Positions 1-8,361 of a stretch of 64,000 nucleotides of DNA are shown one piece after another (the first letter of the stretch is position 1; every line of letters begins with the position of its first letter). A program made the position numbers and the translations under genes. The notes below the pieces were generated by a model. The model was given only the letters and a program-made list of their open reading frames with translations, ran no database searches and was not told the origin of the DNA. The stretch is from a virus: positions 31,325 through 95,324 of the IMG/VR virus record IMGVR_UViG_3300027573_000023; one strand, written 5' to 3'.

Positions 1-2
1 CA

Positions 3-1202
3 TTTGCTTTAAATATAGATGCTTTAGGTAATGTCCTTCAGGTACCTATTCCAAGCACTGATTTAGGATATCTAGGAACTCCTTTTAGTGGAACAATAAC
101 AAGTAGTAGTGGTGATGATACACCAATTCCTATTGCAAGTCAATTTATAGCAGGATTAATGTCTGCTCAACTTTTTAATAAATTGAATTCCTTTGTAGAC
201 ACTAATTATGTACACAGAACAGGAGATGAACCTATTGCTGGTATCAAAACATTCAGTTCTATTCCAGTTGCTCCAGGATATTCTATTACAGGAGGGGGAG
301 CGCCTAACAGAGTGTTACTATCAGATGGTGGTACAGCAAGCTTTGTAGAAGTAACATCAGGTGGACAGACAGAGGTATTCTCATGGAAATATGAAACAAA
401 TCTAGCAGCAACAGATCCTGGAAATGGTAACTTTAGAGGAAACAATGCTGTAGGTAGTGCAATAACACAACTTTATGTGGATGATTTAACATCTGTTGTA
501 ATAGCAGATATATCAGCTATGTTTGCTAAAGTGAAAGGAGATTGGCTTATTCATATCCAACAAACAAATGATGCTACAAGATATATACAGTTTAATACAT
601 CTACAGTATATGTAGACAATATTGGATGGTGGACATTACCTGTTACTTATATACAAGGTAGTGGTTTTCCTTTTACTAATGGACAAGCATGTACTTTTGT
701 TTTTGTTAATCAAAATGCTGGAGCACCTCCTGCCACAACTATATTTTCACTGGTAGACTACAACATACCACCTACACCTGGTCTTAAGAAGTCTTTCAAT
801 ACATTTATTGATACAGTTGATCTTGATGTAGGTGTATATAAATTTGAATGGTTATTTGGAGCAAGAAATCTTAGTGTGGTTCAGTCTGAACTGTCAATTG
901 GTTTCTTAGGCACAGCTGCTGTCACTCCTAATAACATCAAGTTTTCGTGCAACGCACTCAAAGCAAATGATGTTGGTTCTCCAACAGCCTCCACTCAATC
1001 TTTTCAAAAAGGATTATTGAGTAGTGAATATATTATAACAGATAAGAATAATAGAAGCTCTGCAGCTTTTGCAATACAGGGGACTATACGTATCTTTGTA
1101 CCTGGTACACTTACTCCAGCAATATCTAGTGCTGGTTTGAATTCAGGTACAGCCATAATTGAAGATAGACAATTTTTTCAAATAACAAAATTCAATATAT
1201 AA
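3..1202 (+). CDS. Tail fibre / virion structural protein, 5'-truncated by the window edge
   Basis: Frame is open from base 3, upstream of the Met at 159. Contains fibre-type motifs AGLMSxxxFNKL and YVHRTGDEPIAGIKTF; beta-rich C-terminus. Confidence 0.65.
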   Translation, partial: FALNIDALGNVLQVPIPSTDLGYLGTPFSGTITSSSGDDTPIPIASQFIAGLMSAQLFNKLNSFVDTNYVHRTGDEPIAGIKTFSSIPVAPGYSITGGGAPNRVLLSDGGTASFVEVTSGGQTEVFSWKYETNLAATDPGNGNFRGNNAVGSAITQLYVDDLTSVVIADISAMFAKVKGDWLIHIQQTNDATRYIQFNTSTVYVDNIGWWTLPVTYIQGSGFPFTNGQACTFVFVNQNAGAPPATTIFSLVDYNIPPTPGLKKSFNTFIDTVDLDVGVYKFEWLFGARNLSVVQSELSIGFLGTAAVTPNNIKFSCNALKANDVGSPTASTQSFQKGLLSSEYIITDKNNRSSAAFAIQGTIRIFVPGTLTPAISSAGLNSGTAIIEDRQFFQITKFNI

Positions 1203-1951
1203 TGACTGCAAATAAACAAATAGGATGGAGCCAAGAGGCTATCTTGCTCCATGGCGTCTCTAAACAACTAGAGCGTCTCGCTAGCATCATAGGTGCTAGT
1301 GGTGGTGGAGGAGGTACAACAATCCCCACAGACTTGACATATACTGCAAGTGCTACTAATGGTTTACTAACCAGTAGTACAGGAGTTCTTTCTCCTGCTA
1401 CAATTCCTTTGGTAACAGGAAGTTTGGCTGGGTTAATGTCTCCTACAAGTTTCAATAAACTTGCAGCTCTACCAGCAACTGTACCAGTTACTACTGTATA
1501 TACTTTGTCAGCTCTTATGTCAAGTATTGTTACTAATAGGGTGGCAGTACCTGGATGGTCCTTTCCTGTGACTGCAGGCAAGAAATATAAAATAGAGATA
1601 TCTGCACTCTACCAGACTGCTGCAGCTACTACTGGAGGAAGCATAGGTGTTGTTCTAACTTCAGGAACTGGTACAATACAAGGTTATTTGGAAGGAGATG
1701 TGTCTACAGCTGCTGCAGTAGCAACAGGATTGAGAGGAACTATATCAGCTATAAGTAGTAGTAATGGTTTAGCAGGTAGTTCTATATTCACAACAGGTTC
1801 TGCTTCAATTAATACACCTACCTATATGGGTGGTATACTTACTTTTACATGTATTACTTCTGGTCAGTTTGAGGTTCAGTTTGCTACTGAGATAGTATCT
1901 AGTGCTGCTCAACTAAACGCAGGCAGTATAATGATAGTGACAGAATATTAA
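1202..1951 (+). CDS. Fibre-like structural protein with N-terminal KQIGWSQE motif
   Basis: 249 aa, G/S/T/A rich. Shares a TDL..TSS.G...IP.....AGLMS...FNKL segment with the upstream gene. Confidence 0.6.
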   Translation: MTANKQIGWSQEAILLHGVSKQLERLASIIGASGGGGGTTIPTDLTYTASATNGLLTSSTGVLSPATIPLVTGSLAGLMSPTSFNKLAALPATVPVTTVYTLSALMSSIVTNRVAVPGWSFPVTAGKKYKIEISALYQTAAATTGGSIGVVLTSGTGTIQGYLEGDVSTAAAVATGLRGTISAISSSNGLAGSSIFTTGSASINTPTYMGGILTFTCITSGQFEVQFATEIVSSAAQLNAGSIMIVTEY

Positions 1952-1952
1952 T

Positions 1953-1960
1953 TATCTTTG
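1953..1960 (+). promoter_or_regulatory. Bacteroidota-type -7 promoter box (TATCTTTG)
   Basis: Matches TAnnTTTG, intergenic, just upstream of the ORF at 1983. Confidence 0.45.
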
Positions 1961-1982
1961 TATAACTTAACAAATTAGAATC

Positions 1983-2120
1983 ATGCACTATCCAAATAAA
2001 CAGATAGGCTGGAGCCAGGAGTCAATACTACTCCAGCAAATTATAAAGCAATTAGTTAGAATTAATAATCTTGCTGGAGGAGGTGGTACGCCTGCTACTA
2101 CTACTAGTACAACTACATAA
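1983..2120 (+). CDS. 45-aa protein with KQIGWSQE motif and Thr-rich tail (not in ORF track)
   Basis: Translates MHYPNKQIGWSQESILLQQIIKQLVRINNLAGGGGTPATTTSTTT*; paralogous to the N-terminus of 1202..1951. Confidence 0.8.
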   Translation: MHYPNKQIGWSQESILLQQIIKQLVRINNLAGGGGTPATTTSTTT

Positions 2121-2141
2121 GTAATTTAAAACCAACTACAT

Positions 2142-3158
2142 ATGAGAGAATTAGCATTTATAACTGTATGTCCAGATGATCCTTACTATACATGGCAGGT
2201 TCATTTGTGGCTAGAGAGTTTAAGAGAAATTGGGCAATCAGATAAAGCTGTGGCCCTAATATTTACCCCTAATTATAGGGAGCAGAACCCAAAGTGGAAG
2301 CAGGTAGTAGATTTATATCCTGAAGCCACATTCAAATTTTATAAAGATGAAGATGATGTTACCTCTCTTATTGGTATTTATATCCCTGTGTTGCGACCTT
2401 ACACGATGTGGAAGTTCCTAAGAGAGCATCCCCAATACAGTAGTAAAGCAATATTCTATTGTGATAGTGATATATTATTCACAAAAGATTTTAATGTGGA
2501 TAAATACTTAGATGATGATGTGCATTATCTATCAGATACAAATAGTTATATTAATGCTACATATTTTGACAGTAAGGTAAGAGATGTTATCCCTGAAAAG
2601 CTGGAAGAATATAAGGCTAGAGATATTCTCGCTGAACTAACCAGTCTAATAGGAATAGATAGAGCTACTTGTGAAGCAAACAATGATCACTCAGGAGGAG
2701 CACAATACTTATTAAAGAATATGGACAGTGCCTTTTGGTCTAAAGTAATGAATGATTGCATTTTGATACGCACATATCTTCAGAAGATTAATAGAGAATT
2801 TTTCCTGTCTGAGGATGCTGGTTTCCAGAGTTGGTGTGCTGACATGTGGGCTGTTCTATGGAACCTCTGGTTAAGAAACCAGAAGACCATGGTTATACCT
2901 GAATTAAATTTTGCTTGGTCTACTGACCCTATAGATAAACTGGAAACTACTACTATCATGCACAATGCAGGTATAGTATCAGAAACAGGTAATGGTTATC
3001 CTGCCTTCTATAAAGGAAAGTATCATATGGGAGCTAATCCTATGCTTGATACACAGATAGATACAGTATTACAAAACGAAAACTCTCAAAAATATTGCAC
3101 TTGGTTCTATGCAAAAAAATTAAAAGAACTAAACGAGAAGTATAAATTAGTATATTAA
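2142..3158 (+). CDS. GT-A fold glycosyltransferase resembling peptide O-glycosyltransferases (GT95 HPAT / GT96 SERGT-like)
   Basis: DxD motif (YCDSDILF), plus YYTWQ, YIPVLRPY, SWCADMWA and IMHNAG in the order recalled for the HPAT/SERGT motifs. Confidence 0.7.
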   Translation: MRELAFITVCPDDPYYTWQVHLWLESLREIGQSDKAVALIFTPNYREQNPKWKQVVDLYPEATFKFYKDEDDVTSLIGIYIPVLRPYTMWKFLREHPQYSSKAIFYCDSDILFTKDFNVDKYLDDDVHYLSDTNSYINATYFDSKVRDVIPEKLEEYKARDILAELTSLIGIDRATCEANNDHSGGAQYLLKNMDSAFWSKVMNDCILIRTYLQKINREFFLSEDAGFQSWCADMWAVLWNLWLRNQKTMVIPELNFAWSTDPIDKLETTTIMHNAGIVSETGNGYPAFYKGKYHMGANPMLDTQIDTVLQNENSQKYCTWFYAKKLKELNEKYKLVY

Positions 3159-3176
3159 CCCTAAAACAATTTTATT

Positions 3177-3377
3177 ATGTTCAATAATCTTAATAAGAAA
3201 GACTTAAAAGCTTTTGTCAGAATCGATGGTACTGGCAGAGTTGTTGCAGGTAGCTTAATCCTAAGAAAAAATAAGCCCAAAGTAGGTAAATGGAGAGAGA
3301 TTCCAGCACATGAGTGTTGTCCACCACCAACTACTGCTGCTCCTGCAACTACCACAACAACCACTAGCGCAGCTTAA
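3177..3377 (+). CDS. Small basic protein with CC motif and Pro/Thr-rich tail
   Basis: 66 aa ending HECCPPPTTAAPATTTTTTSAA. Confidence 0.75.
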   Translation: MFNNLNKKDLKAFVRIDGTGRVVAGSLILRKNKPKVGKWREIPAHECCPPPTTAAPATTTTTTSAA

Positions 3378-3382
3378 TCATC

Positions 3383-3793
3383 ATGGCACACGAATCTATT
3401 TTTCCACAGTCTATGATGGATAATGCAGAAATGTCCTTGGAAAGTGTGGCAGCTAAGCTGACATATTTTCAAGTACAACTGCAATTTCTACATTGGCAGA
3501 CTCATAGTTTTGCTGAACATCAGGCACTTGGGGGGCTCTATGACTTTGTAGGGAAACTAAAGGATGAGATAGTTGAGAAACTAATGGGCTATGCAAATAG
3601 AAGAGTAGGCAACTTTAGGCTAGAAGCTATTTCTAGTGGAGAAAGTTCATCGACTGTAGTTAATTCACTTGTTACTTTTGCCTATAACTTAATTGAATGG
3701 GCAGGAGAAAATCATTATTGTGACATTGAGAACCTGGCTCAATCTCTTTCTGGAGAGGCAGCTAAAACCAAGTATTTATTGACATTAACGTAA
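3383..3793 (+). CDS. Dps/ferritin-like protein (phage DUF5856 type)
   Basis: LHWQTHSFAEHQALGGLYD...DEIVE ferroxidase-type motif and C-terminal KYLLTL. Confidence 0.8.
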   Translation: MAHESIFPQSMMDNAEMSLESVAAKLTYFQVQLQFLHWQTHSFAEHQALGGLYDFVGKLKDEIVEKLMGYANRRVGNFRLEAISSGESSSTVVNSLVTFAYNLIEWAGENHYCDIENLAQSLSGEAAKTKYLLTLT

Positions 3794-5859
3794 TGGATTC
3801 AAATACAAATGCAAATAACGCTGCTGGCATTTATGCCAGTGGCTTTGCATTTGGTAGAAATCCCACTCTTGCAGTTTGTTGTACGTACCATATATTTAGA
3901 GCATTAGATTATACTTCAACAACTAGTACTACAAAAAAACCTACTACTTCAACAACTAGTACTAGCTCTAGTACCAGTACCAGTACCAGTACTACATTAG
4001 TACCAACTACTACTACAACAACCACTATATTAATAACCACTTCTACAACTACTACAGTACCAACAACTAGTACTACCACTACACCTATACCAACAACAAC
4101 TACAACAACTACTATAGCACCAACTACTACAACCACATCATCATCAACATCTACTACAACTAGTTCATCTACAACTACAACAACTACTACTATAGCACCT
4201 ACAACAACTACAACCACAACTGTACCACCTACTACTACTAGTACTACAACTCCTATACCTACCACCACTACTACTACCACTGTTGCTCCTACTACTACAA
4301 CAACAACTATAGCTCCAACAACAACTACAACAACCACACCTGTACCTACAACAACTACAACTACAACTCCAGAACCTACAACAACTACTACTACTACTCC
4401 TGCGCCTACTACTACAACAACTACAACTGGTTTTCCATTTAATCTTTCTGTAGGTAATGCTTCACCAACTACTACATGTACTTTTACTACGTATCCAAAT
4501 CTAAGATATTCACGTACTGCACTTCCATTGATAAGTGGACAAATAATATATACAAACCCTGCATGTACTACTGTTATGAATGGTGCCGCTAACTATTATA
4601 AAGAACAAATATCTCAAATTGCTTGGAGAGTAGGTAGTGGTGGAGCTCTTTCCCTTCCTAATGATTGTAATACAACAACAACTACAACTACAGCACCACC
4701 TACCACAACAACTACAACTACAGCACCTGTTTCAACTACTACAACTACTACAACACTAATTCTATTTACTTTCTTACCAGAAGATCCTAATCTTACTTAT
4801 TTGGCAAGCAGAATTTATGATCCAATTGCAGACGTAACTTATATTTATGGAAACTTTACAGGATATAAAGATGCTGGAGTAGATAATTTTGATACAGTTC
4901 GTTTAATAAAACTAGATACTGATTTACATGTACCTGGTGGTTTTGATACTGGTACTGGATTTAATAGTGATACTGACTTATTTTCTCAAATATTAATTCA
5001 TCCTGCTGATGGTAAACTAATTGTAACAGGAGCCTTTAGTAGTTATAATGGTAGTGGTATATCAGGAATTGCTAAAATAGATGTAGATGGAACAGTTGAT
5101 GGTCCTTTTAATGCTGGAGGAACAGGATTTGGTGGTTTTCCTGGAAAAATGGATATTGGTTATGATGGTACAATTCTTGTTCCAGGAAGTTTTGGCTCTT
5201 ATAATGGTAATGCTTATCAAAACCTAATAGCAATAGACCCTTCTAGTGGATTACCTACTAGTGCTGTTTTTGGAGTACTTGATGGTGTTACATTTAGTAT
5301 AAGTGCTTCTAGAACTTTTGGAGATACTTATATGATTGTTACAGGATCTTTTGATAGTTATTATAGTAATTTTGGTTATGGTGGAATAAATAAAATAGAT
5401 TATATTACTGGATTTTCAGATAGCTCTTTTAACTCTGGTGGAGATGGTTTTGCTCCTCTTGCTGCTGGTACTCCAAATTTTGTAGTAAGACTTAATGAAG
5501 ACACTGATGGATCAATATATGTAGCAGGAAGTTTCACTACATACAATGGTGTTTCTGAACCTCGTATTATAAAATTAGATTCATTAGGGGCTAAAGTGGC
5601 TGCTGCTGTTTTTGATGCAGGAGGTGGGTTTAATCAAGCAGTGACTAATATTGAAGTTATCTGGGATAATAGACTCTTTATAGAGGGGCAATTTTCCAAT
5701 TATAATGGTACAGCATGCTATGGTTTGGTTATATTAAATTCTGATGGTACAATACTATATGCAGCACCTGTACCTTATTATACTCCTTTTACAGTAGGAG
5801 ACAATGTTTATGGTAGAACAGATGATGAAGGTTTACACATTATATTTACAAAACCATAA
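3793..5859 (+). CDS. Mucin-like Pro/Thr-rich protein with C-terminal delta-60-repeat beta-propeller
   Basis: About 170 aa of PTTTTTT repeats, a small Cys domain, a second Thr tract, then repeats of the type IYVAGSFTTYNG...RIIKL. Confidence 0.8.
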   Translation: MDSNTNANNAAGIYASGFAFGRNPTLAVCCTYHIFRALDYTSTTSTTKKPTTSTTSTSSSTSTSTSTTLVPTTTTTTTILITTSTTTTVPTTSTTTTPIPTTTTTTTIAPTTTTTSSSTSTTTSSSTTTTTTTIAPTTTTTTTVPPTTTSTTTPIPTTTTTTTVAPTTTTTTIAPTTTTTTTPVPTTTTTTTPEPTTTTTTTPAPTTTTTTTGFPFNLSVGNASPTTTCTFTTYPNLRYSRTALPLISGQIIYTNPACTTVMNGAANYYKEQISQIAWRVGSGGALSLPNDCNTTTTTTTAPPTTTTTTTAPVSTTTTTTTLILFTFLPEDPNLTYLASRIYDPIADVTYIYGNFTGYKDAGVDNFDTVRLIKLDTDLHVPGGFDTGTGFNSDTDLFSQILIHPADGKLIVTGAFSSYNGSGISGIAKIDVDGTVDGPFNAGGTGFGGFPGKMDIGYDGTILVPGSFGSYNGNAYQNLIAIDPSSGLPTSAVFGVLDGVTFSISASRTFGDTYMIVTGSFDSYYSNFGYGGINKIDYITGFSDSSFNSGGDGFAPLAAGTPNFVVRLNEDTDGSIYVAGSFTTYNGVSEPRIIKLDSLGAKVAAAVFDAGGGFNQAVTNIEVIWDNRLFIEGQFSNYNGTACYGLVILNSDGTILYAAPVPYYTPFTVGDNVYGRTDDEGLHIIFTKP
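3913..4428 (+). repeat. Degenerate ACN-codon tandem repeats encoding the Thr tract
   Basis: Runs of ACT/ACA/ACC punctuated by CCT/CCA; a second tract lies at about 4672-4755. Confidence 0.9.
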
Positions 5860-6143
5860 TGGAAACAGTTAAGAAATTTTTTCCTGCAGTGCTACCAGAG
5901 AATGAAGCTGTTTACTTTGCTTCACTAAAGGGAGTGATTGAATCTGTTGATGAACTAAGCGCACTGGAAGTAGTGAAGACACCTAAAGCTTTTAACTTTA
6001 GACTCATACCAAGCTTACCTAAATATACTAACATGCTTATAGAAGAACTCATTAAGTTTCATAATATAATTGGTGTTAGATTAGATATGAGTAAGAGTAT
6101 TAAAACTTCTGGCACTATTACTTTCGTAATTACTTTTAATTAA
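5859..6143 (+). CDS. Hypothetical protein
   Basis: 94-aa ORF coupled to the upstream stop (TAATG). Confidence 0.7.
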   Translation: METVKKFFPAVLPENEAVYFASLKGVIESVDELSALEVVKTPKAFNFRLIPSLPKYTNMLIEELIKFHNIIGVRLDMSKSIKTSGTITFVITFN

Positions 6144-6144
6144 T

Positions 6145-6152
6145 TAACTTTG
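6145..6152 (+). promoter_or_regulatory. Bacteroidota-type -7 promoter box (TAACTTTG)
   Basis: Matches TAnnTTTG, intergenic, 30 nt before the ATG at 6182. Confidence 0.5.
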
Positions 6153-6181
6153 TTAATTAAAAACCTTTAAAACCAACAACT

Positions 6182-6499
6182 ATGGCAACGTATGATCCAA
6201 ACAAGACGTACACATGGAGTCCTGAAACAAAGTTTCTGATCTCTGGGCAAGACTTTAGTCTTATGTTACACGCTGTTAGAGGGATTCTCTCTACAAAAGA
6301 AGCGACCAACACAATTTTGTGTTATGAATTGAATAAAAAAATTGAGGCAATGCTAAGCGATGCTGTGACTGAAGGAAAGGTAATAGAAACCCCTCCTATG
6401 GAAGCAATGCAAGGTGGTGTTGAACCACAAGAGGTAACAGAAGCAACAGATTTAAAGTTACCAAAAGAAAAATTTAGAAAACCCACTGTGGTAAAGTAA
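6182..6499 (+). CDS. Hypothetical protein
   Basis: 105-aa ORF following a promoter-like box. Confidence 0.7.
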   Translation: MATYDPNKTYTWSPETKFLISGQDFSLMLHAVRGILSTKEATNTILCYELNKKIEAMLSDAVTEGKVIETPPMEAMQGGVEPQEVTEATDLKLPKEKFRKPTVVK

Positions 6500-6500
6500 A

Positions 6501-6674
6501 ATGAAACAAGTCCCCAAGGCTAAGGGAGGGTGGATAGCCAAAGCTGCAGCCTCTATTAAACGTAGAGGCACTAAAGGAAAGTGTACTCCTATAACCAAAC
6601 CAGGTTGTACAGGACGTGCTAAATCACTCGCCCTTACTTTTAAGAAAATAGCCAGAAAGAGAAAAAAGAAATGA
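6501..6674 (+). CDS. 57-aa Lys/Arg-rich protein (not in ORF track)
   Basis: MKQVPKAKGGWIAKAAASIKRRGTKGKCTPITKPGCTGRAKSLALTFKKIARKRKKK*; fills the gap and overlaps the next gene at ATGA. Confidence 0.75.
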   Translation: MKQVPKAKGGWIAKAAASIKRRGTKGKCTPITKPGCTGRAKSLALTFKKIARKRKKK

Positions 6675-7168
6675 CAAAGAGTACCAACCCTAGAAATGCA
6701 GTTAGAAGAGCTAAACTTAGAGGAGTTACAGTATCTGAACTTATTCTTATCGAGCAAGAAGAACAGATAAAAATAGATCAAGGATTTAAATGGTGTAATT
6801 CTTGTAAAGCCTGGCTTTTAAATTCAGAGTTTGGAAAAGCTCATTCATATTGTAAGCAATGTTGTAGAGATAGAAGTAATGCAAAATATGATCTCTCTAA
6901 ACAAAGAGAAAGAATTTTACAAAAGAACTTTGGTATTACAAGTTTAGAATACAATCTAATGTTGGCTGATCAGAATCACAGTTGTTATATCTGTCACATA
7001 CATGAAGATAAATTAGATAGATCTCTTGCTGTAGATCATGATCACAGCACAGGAAAAGTTAGAGGACTTCTTTGTGGAACTTGTAACAGATTTCTTGGTC
7101 AGATTAATGATGATGTACATACAGCTGAGAGGCTTGTAGAGTACTTAAAACAACATCAAAACCTTTAA
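6671..7168 (+). CDS. Endonuclease VII-family (His-Me finger) nuclease, probably a free-standing homing endonuclease
   Basis: FGIT..EY..ML..Q...CYIC...LAVDHDH.TGKVRGLLC..CN..LG, with N-terminal CxxC pairs. Confidence 0.9.
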   Translation: MTKSTNPRNAVRRAKLRGVTVSELILIEQEEQIKIDQGFKWCNSCKAWLLNSEFGKAHSYCKQCCRDRSNAKYDLSKQRERILQKNFGITSLEYNLMLADQNHSCYICHIHEDKLDRSLAVDHDHSTGKVRGLLCGTCNRFLGQINDDVHTAERLVEYLKQHQNL

Positions 7169-7195
7169 AAAAATTGCTAAAAAAAGAAAAGGAAA

Positions 7196-7441
7196 ATGAA
7201 AAAAGTTGTTAAGAAAGCACAGAATGGTGCTAAGGCTACTAAAGATAGTACAGACTATTTTAATAAAGAAGCAAAGAAGAATTTTCAAAAAGCTTCTGAT
7301 AGATATGGTTCACCAAGTCTTTCTAAGGAAGCCAGTAAATATAGTGACAAAGCTATATCAGCACAAAAATCTTCTTTAAGACAATCTAATAAAGGTAAAC
7401 CAGGCTATGATAAGAATGGTTATCCTATTAAAAAGAAATAA
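7196..7441 (+). CDS. Small Lys-rich protein (MKKxxKAxxG family)
   Basis: Starts MKKVVKKAQNG. Confidence 0.75.
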   Translation: MKKVVKKAQNGAKATKDSTDYFNKEAKKNFQKASDRYGSPSLSKEASKYSDKAISAQKSSLRQSNKGKPGYDKNGYPIKKK

Positions 7442-7477
7442 AACTTTTAAAAAAATTGCACGTAACAGAAAGAAAAA

Positions 7478-7600
7478 ATGAAAGAGAAACCTAAATCAAA
7501 GAAAAAGAATACAGCTCCTGCGAGAGATGTGATTCCTGGGTATAGATTACCCACAATGAATGCTAAAAATGGTAGGAGATTAACCACTAAAAATAAGTAA
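7478..7600 (+). CDS. 40-aa Lys-rich protein (not in ORF track)
   Basis: MKEKPKSKKKNTAPARDVIPGYRLPTMNAKNGRRLTTKNK*; contains AKNG. Confidence 0.6.
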   Translation: MKEKPKSKKKNTAPARDVIPGYRLPTMNAKNGRRLTTKNK

Positions 7601-7602
7601 TC

Positions 7603-7932
7603 ATGAAGAAGATTAAGAAAGCTCAAGCTGGAACTAAAGAAACAGCAGCAGAACATGATGCTAAGGCAGCTGCATTCTGGAAAGGAGTTGGTAAAAAAGT
7701 GGGTGATACTAAATTAAAAGATGTTCCAGGAAAAACTGTGAAAGTTGTTAAAAATGTAGGTAGTAAATTAATAAATTCAGGTAAATTGGGAGAAGCAGCT
7801 GAAACTACAGCCAATCTTGTTACTGCAGGATACTATGGAAAAGCAAAAAGAGCTATGGGAATTAAAAAGAGTGGAGGTAAAATGTCCTATAAAGCTGGTG
7901 GTAAAATGAAAAAATGTAAAGGAGGTTGTTGA
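7603..7932 (+). CDS. Small Lys-rich protein (MKKIKKAQAG...KKSGGK)
   Basis: Repeated KxGG motifs at the C-terminus. Confidence 0.75.
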   Translation: MKKIKKAQAGTKETAAEHDAKAAAFWKGVGKKVGDTKLKDVPGKTVKVVKNVGSKLINSGKLGEAAETTANLVTAGYYGKAKRAMGIKKSGGKMSYKAGGKMKKCKGGC

Positions 7933-7936
7933 TATC

Positions 7937-8026
7937 ATGAAAGAGCTACTCACATTGCTATTCTTTCTTGTTGTAGCAGGTGCAGCATTGTATTTTTTTA
8001 ACCATAAAAACGATGATGAGAAATGA
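7937..8026 (+). CDS. 29-aa single-TM peptide
   Basis: MKELLTLLFFLVVAGAALYFFNHKNDDEK*; ATGA overlap with the next gene. Confidence 0.5.
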   Translation: MKELLTLLFFLVVAGAALYFFNHKNDDEK

Positions 8027-8361
8027 AAAAGATTAAGAAAGCCAAAAATGGTGATAAAGTTGTAAGAAAAACAGTTGTTGATAAAACTGCTGCAAGAAAA
8101 CCTAATGCCCCTCTAGTCTTGAAGAGAGAGAATGAAGCAGATCTTACAGTACAAAGAAATGCAGCCAGAACTCATGACTATCACAGACAGTTAGATGTTG
8201 CTGCAGCAATGAAGTATCCTAAAGATGCAGACATGATGATGAAAGCTGCCAGAACTGATGATAGTTTAGCTACTGATGCTAAAAGAAAAGCTAGAGCACT
8301 TAAAGTTAAACCTAGATTTCCACAAAAAAAATCAGGTGGTAAAGTTAATAAAAAGAAATAA
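8023..8361 (+). CDS. Small Lys-rich protein (MKKIKKAKNG...KKSGGK)
   Basis: Same terminal motifs as 7603..7932. Confidence 0.75.
   Translation: MKKIKKAKNGDKVVRKTVVDKTAARKPNAPLVLKRENEADLTVQRNAARTHDYHRQLDVAAAMKYPKDADMMMKAARTDDSLATDAKRKARALKVKPRFPQKKSGGKVNKKK

Larger units (their letters stand above)
6636..7481 (+). repeat. Three diverged 39-bp direct repeats (6636-6674, 7161-7199, 7443-7481) encoding TFKKIA(R/K)xRKxK*
   Basis: Each copy ends in AAATGA, whose ATG starts the next gene (6671, 7196, 7478). Confidence 0.85.

Noticed and set aside
3909-4337. Poly-Val ORF on the minus strand (also 3161..3364)
   Set aside because: Antisense shadow of the ACN Thr repeats.
3913-4760. Tandem repeats as a possible CRISPR array or DGR repeat
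   Set aside because: They are in-frame Thr/Pro codons with no repeat-spacer structure, and no cas or reverse transcriptase gene is in the window.
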